Positions 1 through 11,951 of a stretch of 64,000 bases of DNA are shown piece by piece (within the stretch, counting starts at the first letter, position 1; the number at the start of each line of letters is the position of its first letter). The notes below the pieces were generated by a model, which was not told the origin of the DNA, ran no database searches, and worked only from the letters and a program-made list of their open reading frames with translations. The stretch is from Mobula hypostoma (taxonomy: Eukaryota), in contig NC_086097.1 of the NCBI RefSeq assembly GCF_963921235.1, forward strand, positions 62,684,001-62,748,000, in the 5' to 3' direction. The translations under genes were made by a program, and so were the position numbers.

Positions 1-684
1 TCCCCCCTTTGAGCCCTGAACTGTTTGAAGTGATGGACAGGCGATACCCCAGCAGGGGGATAAAAAGGGACAGGTTCGCTAAGACAGACACACACGCCAC
101 CCGAGGTAACGAGACCCTGGAAGCGGTGCGCTTCTCACGAGTGGGTGAGAAGTCCCAGACAACGACAAGGGTGGAAAGGTACGATCAGCGGGAACCCGGT
201 GTGTGTCCGCCCTTGCCTGGGTGCCGGGTTCACTGCAGAGGATCGACCGCATCTGGAGGAGGGGTCACAGTCGGTGACCTCAGGTGACATCACCAAGGAC
301 CTGCCCAAAAGCTGTTTGTGAGCCATCCCGCTGGTCTGTGAGTGAAGCTGCGCTGAATGATGAGTTGTTCTCTCTGTCTCTCTTCCCCCACCTTGTCCAT
401 CGCCATGGCAACGATTACTGCGAACTGAACTGCAAACTGGACTGAACTTTGAGTCATTTTGAAATTGGTCATTTACCCCTAGACAACGATAGAGCTTGAT
501 TGATGCTGTTATCTTAATTCTGTGCACATGTGTGGTTATCATTGTTGAATTGTTGCATTTATTATCCTTTCGATTACTGTGTTGCTTGTTTCTTTAATAA
601 AACTTTCTTAGTTCTAGTACTCCAGACTCCAACTGAGTGATCCATTTCTGCTGGTTTGGCAACCCAGTTACGGGGTACGTAACA
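1..684 (+). repeat. 5' LTR (partial)
   Basis: No mismatch seen by eye against 4061-4744; ends CGTAACA; AATAAA at 596-601. Confidence 0.97.
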
Positions 685-688
685 TAAG

Positions 689-714
689 TGGGGTTCTCGT
701 CCGCGATTTTGAAC
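689..714 (+). promoter_or_regulatory. Primer binding site, tRNA-Pro-like
   Basis: TGGGGTTCTCGTCCGCGATTTTGAAC 4 nt after the LTR, resembling tRNA-Pro complement TGGGGGCTCGTCCGGGATTTGAAC. Confidence 0.8.
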
Positions 715-783
715 GCTAAATTTGGGACGGAGTAAATTGATTGGGTTAAAATTCCCGAAAGAAAGAAAAGACAAACAGCAGAA

Positions 784-3717
784 ATGGAGGTTGAGGAATT
801 TATAAAGGCGCCGACCTTGGAGGCATTAGAGGATGCCAGGAAATCGGAATTGATAGCTGTGGCAAAACGGGTGAATCTTGCTAAGGTGAAGTCGACAATG
901 AGGAGAGAGGAGATACACAGAGCTATTGTAGAGCACTATGTATCTAAAGGTGTGTTTCCCCAAGGTGAGCTGGGGGAGGTGTCTATTGAAAAACCTGCTG
1001 GAGACGCGGTACAGGTACAGCTTGAAAAACTGAGACTCGAGCACGAGTTCCGGGTACGGCAGTTAGAAAGGCAGGAGAAAGAGAGAGAGTTAGAAAGGCA
1101 GGAGAAAGAGAGAGAGTTAGAAAGGCAGGAGAAAGAGAGAGAGTTAGAAAGGCGGGAGAGAGAGAAAGAGGTAGAAAGGCAAGAGAGAGAAAGACAGTTG
1201 GAGAGAGAAGAGAGAGAGAGGGACAGACAGTTGGAGAGAGAAGAGAGAGAGAGGGACAGACAGTTGGAGAGAGAGGAGAAACAGAGGGAAAGGGAATTTG
1301 AGCTGGAGAAGTTAAAGATAAGGGCCGAGCAGGGGCTCGTGCCGAACCAAGGTGGAGGGTTCCGGGCGACCCAGGAGGTTAGGCTGGTTCCCCCTTTTGA
1401 CGATACCGATGTGGATCGGTACTTTCTCCACTTCGAAAAAGTAGCTATAAGTCAGGACTGGCCGAGGGATAAGTGGGTTGTTTTACTTCAGAGTGTACTG
1501 AAAGGGAAAGCCCAACAAGCTTACTCCGCTTTATCCCCGGAAGATGCCCAGAAGTATGAGGTGGTGAAGGAGGCCATCCTCAGGACTTATGAGTTGGTCC
1601 CGGAGGCATACCGGCAGAGGTTCCGGAATGCGAGGAAGCGGTGGGACCGCACGTATTTGGAGTTTGCTCGTGAGATGCAAACATATTGTGAGCGTTGGTG
1701 CGCCTCGTAAGGGGTAGAGGGGGATTACGACAGACTGCTGCAACTGGTTCTGATTGAGCAGTTTAAAGGTTGTGTCCCTGAGGGTATGAGACCCTACCTC
1801 GATGAGAAAGAGGCAGCCACGTTAGCCGCAACTGCTAAGTTAGCGGATGAGTATGCGTTGACGCATAAAATGAAGGTTGCCCCGAGTAAAGGCTACCAGA
1901 AGGGTAGTCAGGACGGCGGGGAGAGTCCGCCGGAAAAGTCAGAAAGTAAGCCGGGGACTAGTGAAAAGGATAAGGTAGACCGGGAGCAATCTGGTAGGAA
2001 GTCTCCTGGGGTCGTCTGTTATAATTGTGGGAAAGCCGGACACTTTGCGTCCAGGTGCTTTGCCCCAAGGAAGGAGACGGGGAAAGGAAAAGCGGAAATT
2101 TTGAATGGCTGTATCGAGCTGTTAAGCGAACCGCTAGGGAAGGACAGGTCTGAAAAAGTCCAGGAAGGGCGCGAGAGGTTTATCTCGGCCGGACTGGTGT
2201 CAGTGAAAAAGAGGTTAAAACCAGTTCCAGTGCGGATCTGGAGAGACACGGGAGCGTGTCAGTCACTAATACTGAAGAGTGTATTAGAGTTTAGCTCAGA
2301 GACCCAGACTGGGGAGGTAGAGGTCAAAGGTGTTGGGGAAGGGACAGAGTCAGTCCCTTTGCACCAGATACATTTGCAGAGCAACCTGGTCTCTGGACTA
2401 GTCACGATTGGGGTGAGGTCCGAATTACCGATGAAAGACGTGGAAGTCTTGCTCGGTAATGACATCGCCGGAGGAATGGTGTTCCCAGTCGTGAGATTGA
2501 CGGGTCAGCCTGCCAGCATGGAGGCCCCGCCCGCGATGGTGAATTTGGCTGAAACATTTCTGCCAGCCTTGTATGAGACAGGGTGTAGTGAGATAAGAGG
2601 TAGTGAGGGAGCTGGGACGGACGTAGCAGTAGCCAGGAAAGAATTTGTGCAGACGCAGGAGCGAGACGAGGGGCTGATGGTTTTGGCCGAGACAGCTCTC
2701 TCTGACACAGCCTTGACAAGCTATTGTGCGGATGAGGAAGTGCTAAGGAAGAAAGGGAAATCAAGTACAGCATCCGCAGATGAGGAGTGGGGGGTGGTGC
2801 AAAAGAGTTATGGGGATGAGGTTTTTAACATGGCCCACGAGGTACCCCCCGGTGGACATTTTGCGGTGCTGGAGGAAACAGTTGGTGGAATCATGAAAGA
2901 GAGTTACCGGCTGCCCAGGGGGAAAAATGTTATTGATCATGACCGACGCGAACTGAGACGGTCACCGGCTTTTGATATGCTAACAAACCTAGTCGGTGTT
3001 AGCGTGGAAATCAATGAAGCTAGGGGCCCCTTGATAAGAGGAAAAAACCATTTTGAAAAGATTAGGATGGGATCGGTCAGATGGGAGAAGGCTATTGTTT
3101 TGGCCAGGTCTACTGATAAGGTCTCTCCCTTAATCCCCGAAGGAGTAATTAAACGACTCGCACCCATGTGTTTGATTGTCCCGAGGAAATGCAAAGAACT
3201 GGGACGTTGGGTTATGTCGGTTACAATAGGGCAGCCAAGTAAACAACACCCATATTTTTTGAGTAATTCAGTGACTAAAGGGCTGATGAACACAGAGGTG
3301 TGTATTGGCAATTTAACACGGCTGTCTGAAGCCAGCTTGATAGTGAACCTTGGAAAAAATGAATTCGGCCACGCGAATGTCACTTACCTGGGAATTGTGG
3401 TGACACAGGGGCAGCTGGCAGTGATGCAAGCTACAGTGCAGGCTATCGCTGACCTCCCAACCCCGACAGACAAGAGGGCCCTCAGAAGGCTTTTGGAGAT
3501 GGTGGGGTACTGCAGGAAGTTTTGCAATAACTCTGCGGTCAATACCCGTCCCCCTCCTACTAAGCCCTTGCGAGGGAAAATTGAGTCGGAATGGGACGAC
3601 CCTTGTTGTTGTGGTCCGGGACAAAACCAAATGAGAGGTTACATTGGTCGCAATTCATCAGTGTTTTTGGCCACTATGAAGTTTGCTGAGTTGGAGCCTG
3701 GTCTAAGGGATTATTAA
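784..3717 (+). pseudogene. gag-pol: gag-protease-vestigial pol polyprotein with one in-frame TAA at 1708-1710
   Basis: ORFs 784..1710 and 1786..3717 share a frame; SCAN-like capsid (YELVPEAYRQRFR...LIEQFK), CYNCGKAGHFASRC at 2017-2058, protease DTG at 2245-2253, integrase His pair at 2836-2859, RT C-terminal motifs (NLGKNEFGHANVTYLG, LRRLLEMVGYCRKF). Confidence 0.9.
1060..1290 (+). repeat. In-frame 27-bp and 33-bp tandem repeats encoding an E/R-rich coiled coil in Gag
   Basis: GAGAGAGAGTTAGAAAGGCAGGAGAAA x3 (ERELERQEK), then RQLEREERERD units. Confidence 0.9.
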
Positions 3718-3877
3718 TAACACGTGTAAAAGGAACAGAAAATGTGATGACTGTCTGTCAAGGTGTTGACAATTTCAAATTCTCTGTATTAGCTAAATAA
3801 CTGTTAAAGATGTATATTGTGTATGTATCAGATAATGTAGTCATGTTTGTAATTTTTACCTCCCGGTAAAAATCCTT

Positions 3878-3889
3878 AAAGGGGGGAAG
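3878..3889 (+). promoter_or_regulatory. Polypurine tract
   Basis: AAAGGGGGGAAG directly before the LTR start TGTTACG. Confidence 0.9.
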
Positions 3890-4744
3890 TGTTACGAGAA
3901 TACACATAAAATTAAGATGTTTGCTGGCCTGGGCTAGCATCAGTGGCATCAGCAGTTGGTCTGCCACCTGCCCTCAGGGGAAGGAGAGATAAGGAACAAT
4001 GGAGCAGCGTCTGGAGATGTGTAATGAAGGGATGTGGGAGGAAGAGCTGTCTGGAGCGGCTCCCCCCTTTGAGCCCTGAACTGTTTGAAGTGATGGACAG
4101 GCGATACCCCAGCAGGGGGATAAAAAGGGACAGGTTCGCTAAGACAGACACACACGCCACCCGAGGTAACGAGACCCTGGAAGCGGTGCGCTTCTCACGA
4201 GTGGGTGAGAAGTCCCAGACAACGACAAGGGTGGAAAGGTACGATCAGCGGGAACCCGGTGTGTGTCCGCCCTTGCCTGGGTGCCGGGTTCACTGCAGAG
4301 GATCGACCGCATCTGGAGGAGGGGTCACAGTCGGTGACCTCAGGTGACATCACCAAGGACCTGCCCAAAAGCTGTTTGTGAGCCATCCCGCTGGTCTGTG
4401 AGTGAAGCTGCGCTGAATGATGAGTTGTTCTCTCTGTCTCTCTTCCCCCACCTTGTCCATCGCCATGGCAACGATTACTGCGAACTGAACTGCAAACTGG
4501 ACTGAACTTTGAGTCATTTTGAAATTGGTCATTTACCCCTAGACAACGATAGAGCTTGATTGATGCTGTTATCTTAATTCTGTGCACATGTGTGGTTATC
4601 ATTGTTGAATTGTTGCATTTATTATCCTTTCGATTACTGTGTTGCTTGTTTCTTTAATAAAACTTTCTTAGTTCTAGTACTCCAGACTCCAACTGAGTGA
4701 TCCATTTCTGCTGGTTTGGCAACCCAGTTACGGGGTACGTAACA
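3890..4744 (+). repeat. 3' LTR, 855 bp
   Basis: TGTTACG...CGTAACA 7-bp terminal inverted repeat; AATAAA at 4656-4661. Confidence 0.97.
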
Positions 4745-4825
4745 CTAGCCACACAGTCATGTGTATATGGAGAGTAGAGCAGTGGGCTAAGCACACACCC
4801 TTGAGGTGAGCCCTGAGGTGGGCAT
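4745..4825 (-). mobile_element. Rex1/Babar LINE RT fragment (insertion site of the LTR element)
   Basis: Minus-strand translation [21 protein letters not shown]. Confidence 0.8.
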
Positions 4826-4939
4826 ATTGAAAGAATAGATAATAAAGAATTACACAATGGAAGTATAGAACACAAAAACGGGTAAACTATGTAGAACCAG
4901 TAAAAAAGGCTAGCTGGAAAATTCTGGTATCTAACTTCA

Positions 4940-5270
4940 GGGTATAAAGATGCAAGAGGGGATGCAGAAATGAGTTTACAAAAATGGTTCCATAAGAATT
5001 TTGATTGTAAGGTCAGCCTGAAGAGTCTGCATTCATTCTTAATGAAAGAAAAATAATTTGAGTGAGCTTCAGAAAATCACGACTGACTTAGATGGAGTAA
5101 GTAGAGAGAAGTGGTTCACAGCAGGACAGGAACACAGATTTAAGATTTTGGAAAGGCACAAACGATTTGAGAGTAGTTATAATTTGGAGGGATGTTGAGA
5201 ATTGAATGTTCACTTGAAAGAGGTTAAGTTGGCTGACTTTAAGGGAAATGAGACTATTGGGTTATTGTTC
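4940..5270 (+). mobile_element. Very decayed CR1 LINE 3' fragment
   Basis: Resembles the CR1 ORF2 end seen more clearly at 6655-7005 and 36770-37200. Confidence 0.5.
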
Positions 5271-6654
5271 AACTTGAGATTACTTTATGATATACAGAGG
5301 GAGTCTCAAGCTACCAGACTGTTAAGAAGGGAATTGCCAGTAATTTCTTGAGAAGCTACCAGTCTTTCTTAGGAAAACTGAGAACAGTAACATGAATACC
5401 ATTTTTTTTTACTGGCTATGCATTCAGCCCAATGATTTGTGTGAGTTTGTTTAACAACTCTTAGACAAACAGAAACTTCCCTGGATTCACTTCACTTGCC
5501 AAAGTTCGTGATTTATTGAGCAACTCTACCCACAGCCAGGATTAGAATTATGATTCTCGCAGCATGGAAGGACAATTAGTGTCATTGCTAGGCAAATACT
5601 CAGACTGTGAATAATCTCAGTCGAAGAATGGATATTCAATTTCATTGCCCTCAGATAGGCTTTGATCTTCTGAGTAATGATACTCACTGATCTAAAGTAG
5701 GAGAGCTGCTGATGGAATTCAATGATATAGATGCTGTGAGGATGGATAGTAACTGCTGATCAATAACCAAAGGGATGTTTTAAACCTAAAGAAATGTTTG
5801 TTCACCAAGTTGAGCTGCTGTTTCAGAGTAGAGGATGCTTTACACTGCCTCCTACACAACTAAATATAATTTGCTTGAAAGTATGTGGCAGGAGTAGCAA
5901 CTTCAATATAAAAGGAGGATAGTATATGATATAATGCAATATGCCGAATGAAGGAAATGCAATAGGTATAATTATTTAAATTAGGGTAATATTGTTTGTT
6001 ACTGACTTAATGTATTTATAAAATTAAATATCAAGAAAATTAAGCAGTTAAAACTGAACACTCCCTCCGGTCTACATTTCTGATGATGGATATGGCATGA
6101 CTCAAAGCTGTATTCATCCTCTGTTTATTCACTAAATAGAGACTTTTCATTCTATAAAATATCAGTTCCACACATTCCCTTTTCAGTGTAATTCACCCCA
6201 AAAAAAATTAAATAGATCTTTATTTCTTATATGTTTCCCATTGATGATCCCTGACTTATATTACACTAACTGAGAACACTTAATATTCCTCTTCATCAGT
6301 CTGAAGATGGGCAGTGGTGGTGTTGGTGGGTTGTGGCAGGGGGGTACCGTGGAAGAGAAGTTTGTCCCATTGGTCTGGATTTACAGAGCTATGAACTTAT
6401 CCCATACTTACTTGATGTATGGTTACAAAATGGACTGCAGGAATAAAGCCTCCTCCATCTAGACAGTGAGACCTACCATCATGTCCTTGCCTCATTGTAA
6501 TTGGGTTTGAACAAGCTCCACCCATGGAACTGCACAAAAACCTTTGGCAGGTTCAAAGCCCAGGCCCTGGTTCACCGTCTGTCAAAATTATCAGTGCTTC
6601 TTTTAGTATTTGATATTCAGAAGTACCCAAAAACCATTCATAGTGAAGTAACCA

Positions 6655-7005
6655 ACACTTCTCTTTGGAGCGAAGGAGGATGAGAGGTGACTTGATCGAA
6701 ATGAGAGTCATAGATTGAGGGGACAGCCAGAGACTTTTTCAAAGGGTGGAAATGGGGAATAGGAGGGGGCATTGGAGGAAAATATGGGGGATGTCGGAGG
6801 TAATATTTTTTCAGAGAGTAGTGGGTGCATGGAACGCCCTGCCAGGGGTGGTGATAGAGGCAGATACATTATGGCCATTTAAGAGACTCTTTGCTAGGCA
6901 CTTAGGTAAAAGCAAAATGGAGGGCTATGTGGGAGGGAAGAGTTACAGTGAGCTTAGAGAGGGTTAAAAGGTTGTCATGGGTCAAAGTGCCTGCACTGTG
7001 CTGTA
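6655..7005 (+). mobile_element. CR1 LINE 3' end
   Basis: SLERRRMRGDLIE...FFQRVVGAWNALPGVVIEA and CR1-type tail. Confidence 0.85.
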
Positions 7006-7009
7006 GACA

Positions 7010-9055
7010 CCAATGGGGGGACGACTTGTTGTGTGCAACTCCAAAGGGAATCATCAAATATTCCTATTTACGGATATTACAACTGAAATCCACAGTCACA
7101 GTCATGGGTACTTCATGAAGCAAAATTATTTTTAAATGTTTAAAAAATCTATCAATACTCAAAATTAACAGATCCCAGACCCGGATGGCTGACTCAAGTC
7201 ACCAGTGCAGTTCTCCTTTAAGAAAGAGGAAGTGAGGAAAGCATGCTGGGTTACAGGTACAATTAAAATGCAAAGGCTTTACACCCCATCTCCTGACTAT
7301 CCTTCTGACGAATGTACAGACTGTGGAAAATAAAACTGAAAACCTCAGAGCAAGTTTACAGTACCAGAGGGACATCAGGGACTGCTGTATACATGGCTTC
7401 ACAGAAACATGGCTATCTTCTGCCATTTCGGACACAGCACTGCAATTCGATGGTTTCACTGTTCACTATGTAAAGACAGGACAGCCTCAGACTTTTAAAG
7501 GTAGAAGAAATAGAGTATGCTTTATAACCAACTCATCATAGTGCACAGATAGAGTGGTTCTGTCTCAGTCCTGCTCACCTGACTTTGAACATCAAATATC
7601 ATCCATTTTATCTTCTGAGGGAGTTTCCTGCCTTCATCCTGGTAACAGTGTACATTCCACCTCAGTCCAGCATCAGGCAGGCACTGGAGGAGCTAAGCTC
7701 AATAATCAGCTCAGTAATGATGCCTTCCCTGTCATTGCAGGGGAGTTCAACCAGGCCAGCTTGAAGAAGTTTCTGAGCAACTACCACCAACACCTGTGGA
7801 ACCAGAGAAGCCAACACACTTGGCCAATGTTACACCACCATCAAGAATGTTTACCGTGCCATCCCATGCCCTGATTTTGGAAAGTTCGATTACGTGGCTG
7901 CATTTCTACTCCCAGCGTGTAGGCAGAGACTAAAGACTGCACACCAGTGGCGAATCACTAAGAAGGTATGGTCAAGGGAGGAGGAGGAGGAGTGTTTAGA
8001 TGATTGCTTTGAGTCGGTGGACTGGACAATATTCAGGGATTCGTCTTTGAGTTTAAGTGAGTATGTCACAGTTATCACTAACTTCATCAAAACCTGTGTG
8101 GATGAATGTACCTTCAAGGCATACCCAAAAACAACCAATGTATGAACCAGGAGATTGATAGTCTGCTGAAGGCTAGATCTATGGCATTAAATACTGTTGA
8201 TCTAGAACTACACAAAAAGTTCATGTATGGCCTACAGAAGGCTATCTTAAGGCAAAAAAACAATTCTGATTGAGGCTGGAGATGGAATCAGAAGCACATC
8301 AGCTCTGGCAGGGTTTCCAGACTGTGGCTTTCTACAAAGTAAAGCATAGCATCATCAATGGCAGTGATGCTTCACTCCGAGATGATTTCAACACCTTTTA
8401 TGTATGCTTTGAAAGGGAAAACACAACTACATCAATGCAAATCCCTGCAGCATCTGATAAGCCTGTAACCTCTGTTTCAGAGACCAACGGTAGACCATTG
8501 TTCAAGAGGGCACGGCATCAGGCCGTGATGGTGTACCTGGTAGTGCCTGATGGTGTACCTGATAGTGCTATTAAGGACCTGTGCCAACCAACTGACCAAT
8601 GTGTTCAAGGACATATTCAATTGTTCACTGCTGCAGTCAGAGGTTCCCACTTGCTTCAATACGGTGACAATCATTCCAGTGCCCAAGAAGAGCAGGATGA
8701 GCTGCCTCATGACCTAGCGTCCAGTGGAACTCACATCTACCTTGTTGAAGTGCTTTGAGAGGTTAGCCATGGCTAGAATCAACTCCTGCTTCAGCAAGGA
8801 CCTGGCCCCACTGCATTTTGCCTGCTGCTACAATAGGTGTATGGCAGATGCAATCTCACTGGCTCTCCACTCAGCTTTGGATCATCTGGACAATGCTTCA
8901 TGCTGGTGTTTATTGACTACAGATTAGTGTTCAACACAATCATATGCTCAGTTCTAATCAAGAAGATCCAAAACCTGAGCCTCTGTATCTCCCTCTGCCA
9001 CCGGATTCTTGTCTTTCTCACTTGGAGACCACAGTCTGTGCAGATGGGAAATATC
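7010..9055 (+). mobile_element. Rex1/Babar LINE, APE endonuclease plus RT N-terminal half, decayed
   Basis: YQRDIRDCCIHGFTETWL, IAGEFNQ, CFESVDW, LKCFERL, LVFIDY; many frameshifts. Confidence 0.9.
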
Positions 9056-9149
9056 ACTAAAAATTTTGGGAGATATAGGAGCAATCCTACCCCACTAATT
9101 TTCCCCATTATCAATTCTCTCCCCAAATTCTACTGCCCACCTACATTAG

Positions 9150-9348
9150 GGGTAACTTACAGTAATCAGTAACTTACAGTAACCTATCAACAGCTCATCT
9201 TGGAAATGTGTGGTGGAAACTGGAGCACCCATAGGAACTCACACCATCATAGGAAGAATGAATTAACTTCACATAGACATTGAAGTTTAGAATTCAATCC
9301 GAGTCATTGGAGTTGTAGTCAACAGCTTTAATAACTACACACAATGCC
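9150..9348 (-). mobile_element. tRNA-derived V-domain (HE1-like) SINE, decayed
   Basis: Reverse complement shows a tRNA-like head and a GGGTGCTCCAGTTTCCACCACACA central domain. Confidence 0.7.
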
Positions 9349-10109
9349 AGCACTAATTCTAAAAATGCATCACTTTTCCTGTTTTTGTCAGGAATATGTG
9401 TGGTTTTCCTTGATGTTGCTGCGTCCCATCATTCAGATCAAAAAGAACTTGCAACAAAAAACTAGCCTTTCTCAAAGTAATCCATAGTATCTAATTGAAC
9501 AATGTATCAAAATCATTCCATGTGGTGCACTCAGGTTTTAAAGGTACTCATGTTCATTTAAATTACACTCCAAATATACAACACTCTCCATTAAAGAGAA
9601 AATAAACCAACCAAACCATTGACTTTATACAGACAAATATTTAATTTGTCAAATTTTACAAGTAACTTATTATTTGCAAATATTTTATAAATTTAATCAA
9701 AAGGCTGACTCCTTGTTTCCATAACTCTTTATTCCAATCTGTACTTAACATTCCTGAAGTATCTTTTTCAAGCACCAGTAATTCCAATAAACCACCTTTT
9801 CATATATAACTCAATTGTCCCACATCCTTCTTTATAAATGGTGTGTTAACATAATTATCTTCATACTGTAATATTCAGCACAATTTATGTAAAACATATT
9901 AACATATCAATATTAACAGAAGCATATAATAACTTCAATTAATAAATATCACAGATGGAATCATTCGATACATTTGACAGACTACTAAATATCATGCTTA
10001 GAAACAATCTTTTCCTTGGATGCCTTTTAACATCTCCATTTTCTTGTCCTTGTTTTTCTACTGACTTATATCCTGACTTAACATCTTCTCTTCCAATTCC
10101 TTGATCCCT

Positions 10110-10590
10110 CACAAACAAGGGAAAATCTGCAGATGCTGGAAATCCAAGCAACACACGCAAAATGCTGCAGGAACTCAGCAGGCCAGGCAGCATCAATGGA
10201 AAAGAGTACAGTTGATGTTTTGGGCTGAGACCCTTCATGAGGACTGGAAAAAAAGATGGGGAGTCTGGGTTAGAAAGTAGGGGGAGGGAAGAAAGAACCG
10301 CAAGATAATCGATGAAACTGGGAGGGAGGGAGGGAGGGAGGGGTGAAGTAAAGAGCTGGGAAGTTGATTGGTGAAAGAGGTACAGGGCTGGAGAAGGGGA
10401 AATCTGATAGGAGAGGACAGAGTCCTTGGAACAAAGAAAAGGGGGAGGAGCAACAGAGGGAGGTGATAGGCAGAAAAGGGGACAAGGAGAGAGGGTAAAA
10501 AGGGGAATGGTGAAGTGGGTGGGTGCTTTACCGGAAGTTTGAGAAATCAATGTACATGCCATCAGGTTGGAGGCTACCCAGATGGAATAT
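10110..10590 (-). mobile_element. Penelope-like element (Neptune type) 3' fragment with decayed hammerhead
   Basis: Homologous to 20340-20800; hammerhead core mutated (CTCATGA...AAAA). Confidence 0.85.
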
Positions 10591-10861
10591 TTCCATCCTC
10601 TGAATCCATTCCATGTGCATGCCCATCCCAATTACTAGCCCTCTAGTCTCTGAGGCATACAGGTCTACCTTCTCTATTGGCCACTCACTTCTTCAAGGAC
10701 TTGCACCTTTGGGGCATACATCCTATCCTGTACCATTCATCAGTCTGAGGCTGGATCTATTGCATTGTCTTCATCTATTGCATCTTTTCCTCCATGTGAC
10801 CCATAGGTAACTTGCATGTTTCCCACCCTGTCTTTTTCCAGCATCCATGTAACTCAGCATG

Positions 10862-11135
10862 AATAGGATCATAGAGTCAGATGGCATAGAAGCAGGCCCT
10901 TTGGTTCAACAAGTTGGCACTGATCATCTACCATCTTCTTGCACTAATTTACATCAAAACTATATTAAACCTATTTTATTCTCCACAATTTCTCACCCAG
11001 ATTCCCACATCACCTACACACCTGGAGCAATTTTACAGTGGTCAATTAATTTATCACACTGTGTCTCCTTGAGATGTGGGAGGAAAGCAGAATGCCGGGC
11101 AAAGCCAAGGATCCACAGAGAGAAATTGCAAACTC
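10862..11135 (-). mobile_element. HE1-like SINE fragment with CR1-type tail
   Basis: V-domain at about 11030-11135; CR1-like tail at 10868-10910. Confidence 0.65.
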
Positions 11136-11296
11136 AGTTCTGCTCCATACACATGCAGATCAGAATCATGCATTGAGCAAATCTACCACACAAGAAGTAA
11201 ACAACAGGAATTCTGCAGATGCTGGAAATTCAAGCAACACACATCAAAGTTGCTGGTGAACGCAGCAGGCCAGGCAGCATCTATAGGAAGAGGCGC

Positions 11297-11332
11297 AGTC
11301 GACGTTTCAGGCCGAGACCCTTCGTCAGGACT
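11297..11332 (-). ncRNA. Minimal type I hammerhead ribozyme
   Basis: AGTC CTGACGA AGG-gtctcgg-CCT GAAA CG TC GACT: stem I AGTC/GACT, CUGANGA and GAAA cores, GUC cleavage triplet. Confidence 0.85.
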
Positions 11333-11842
11333 AACTGAAGGAAGAGTGAGTAAGGGATTTGAAAGCTGGAGGGGGAGGGGGAGATGCAAAATGATAGGAG
11401 AAGACAGGAGGGGGAGGGATAGAGCCGAGAGCTGGACAGGTGATAGGCAAAAGGGGATACGAGAGGATCATGGGACAGGAGGTCCGGGAAGAAAGACGGG
11501 GGGGGGAGTGACCCAGAGGATGGGCAAGAGGTATATTCAGAGGGACAGAGGGAGAAAAAGGAGAGTGAGAGAAAGAATGTGTGCATAAAAATGAGTAACA
11601 GCTGGGGTACGAGGGGGAGGTGGGGCCTAGCGGAAGTTAGAGAAGTCAATGTTCATGCCATCAGGTTGGAGGCTACCCAGACGGAATATAAGGTGTTGTT
11701 CCTCCAACCTGAGTGTGGCTTCATCACCTGTCACCTGTCCAGCTCTCAGCTCCATCCCTCCCCCTCCTGTCTTCTCCTATCATTTTGCATCTCCCCCCTC
11801 CCCCTCCAGCTTTCAAATCCCTTACTCACTCTTCCTTCAGTT

Positions 11843-11878
11843 AGTCCTGACGAAGGGTCTCGGCCTGAAACGTTGACT
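11843..11878 (+). ncRNA. Minimal type I hammerhead ribozyme
   Basis: AGTC CTGACGA AGGGTCTCGGCCT GAAA CG TT GACT; GUU triplet. Confidence 0.8.
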
Positions 11879-11951
11879 GCGCCTCTTCCTATAGATGCTG
11901 CCTGGCCTGCTGCGTTCACCAGCAACTTTGATGTGTGTCACAAGAAGTAAA

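Larger units (their letters stand above)
1..4744 (+). mobile_element. Gmr1-like Ty3/Gypsy LTR retrotransposon, internally deleted and non-autonomous; 5' LTR cut by the window edge
   Basis: 1-684 is repeated at 4061-4744; PBS follows the 5' LTR, PPT precedes the 3' LTR; gag, CCHC, protease, then integrase relic before RT relic (Gmr1 domain order). Confidence 0.93.
11202..11938. mobile_element. Young Neptune-type Penelope-like insertion with inverted arms
   Basis: Minus arm 11202-11725 and plus arm about 11726-11938; TSD CACAAGAAGTAAA at 11189-11201 and 11939-11951. Confidence 0.92.

Noticed and set aside
1708..1713. Programmed stop read-through between gag and pol
   Set aside because: The stop is TAA within the capsid, upstream of the zinc knuckle, not at a gag-pol junction
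3943..4602. 134-135 aa ORFs in the LTR (and their copies at 9-542) as genes
   Set aside because: No recognisable motifs; they are duplicated only because the LTR is
1..4744. Exact duplication of 1-684 at 4061-4744 as an assembly artefact
   Set aside because: PBS, PPT and TG...CA termini sit exactly at the repeat boundaries, as expected for LTRs
6412..6434. 23-nt minus-strand microexon
   Set aside because: Too short to distinguish from chance splice-like motifs
9391..9477. Plus-strand exon after a good polypyrimidine tract
   Set aside because: Weak donor, unrecognisable peptide, no supporting neighbours
9939..11950. Long ORFs (230, 170, 122 aa) as host genes
   Set aside because: They arise from purine/pyrimidine-skewed Penelope-like tails that lack stops
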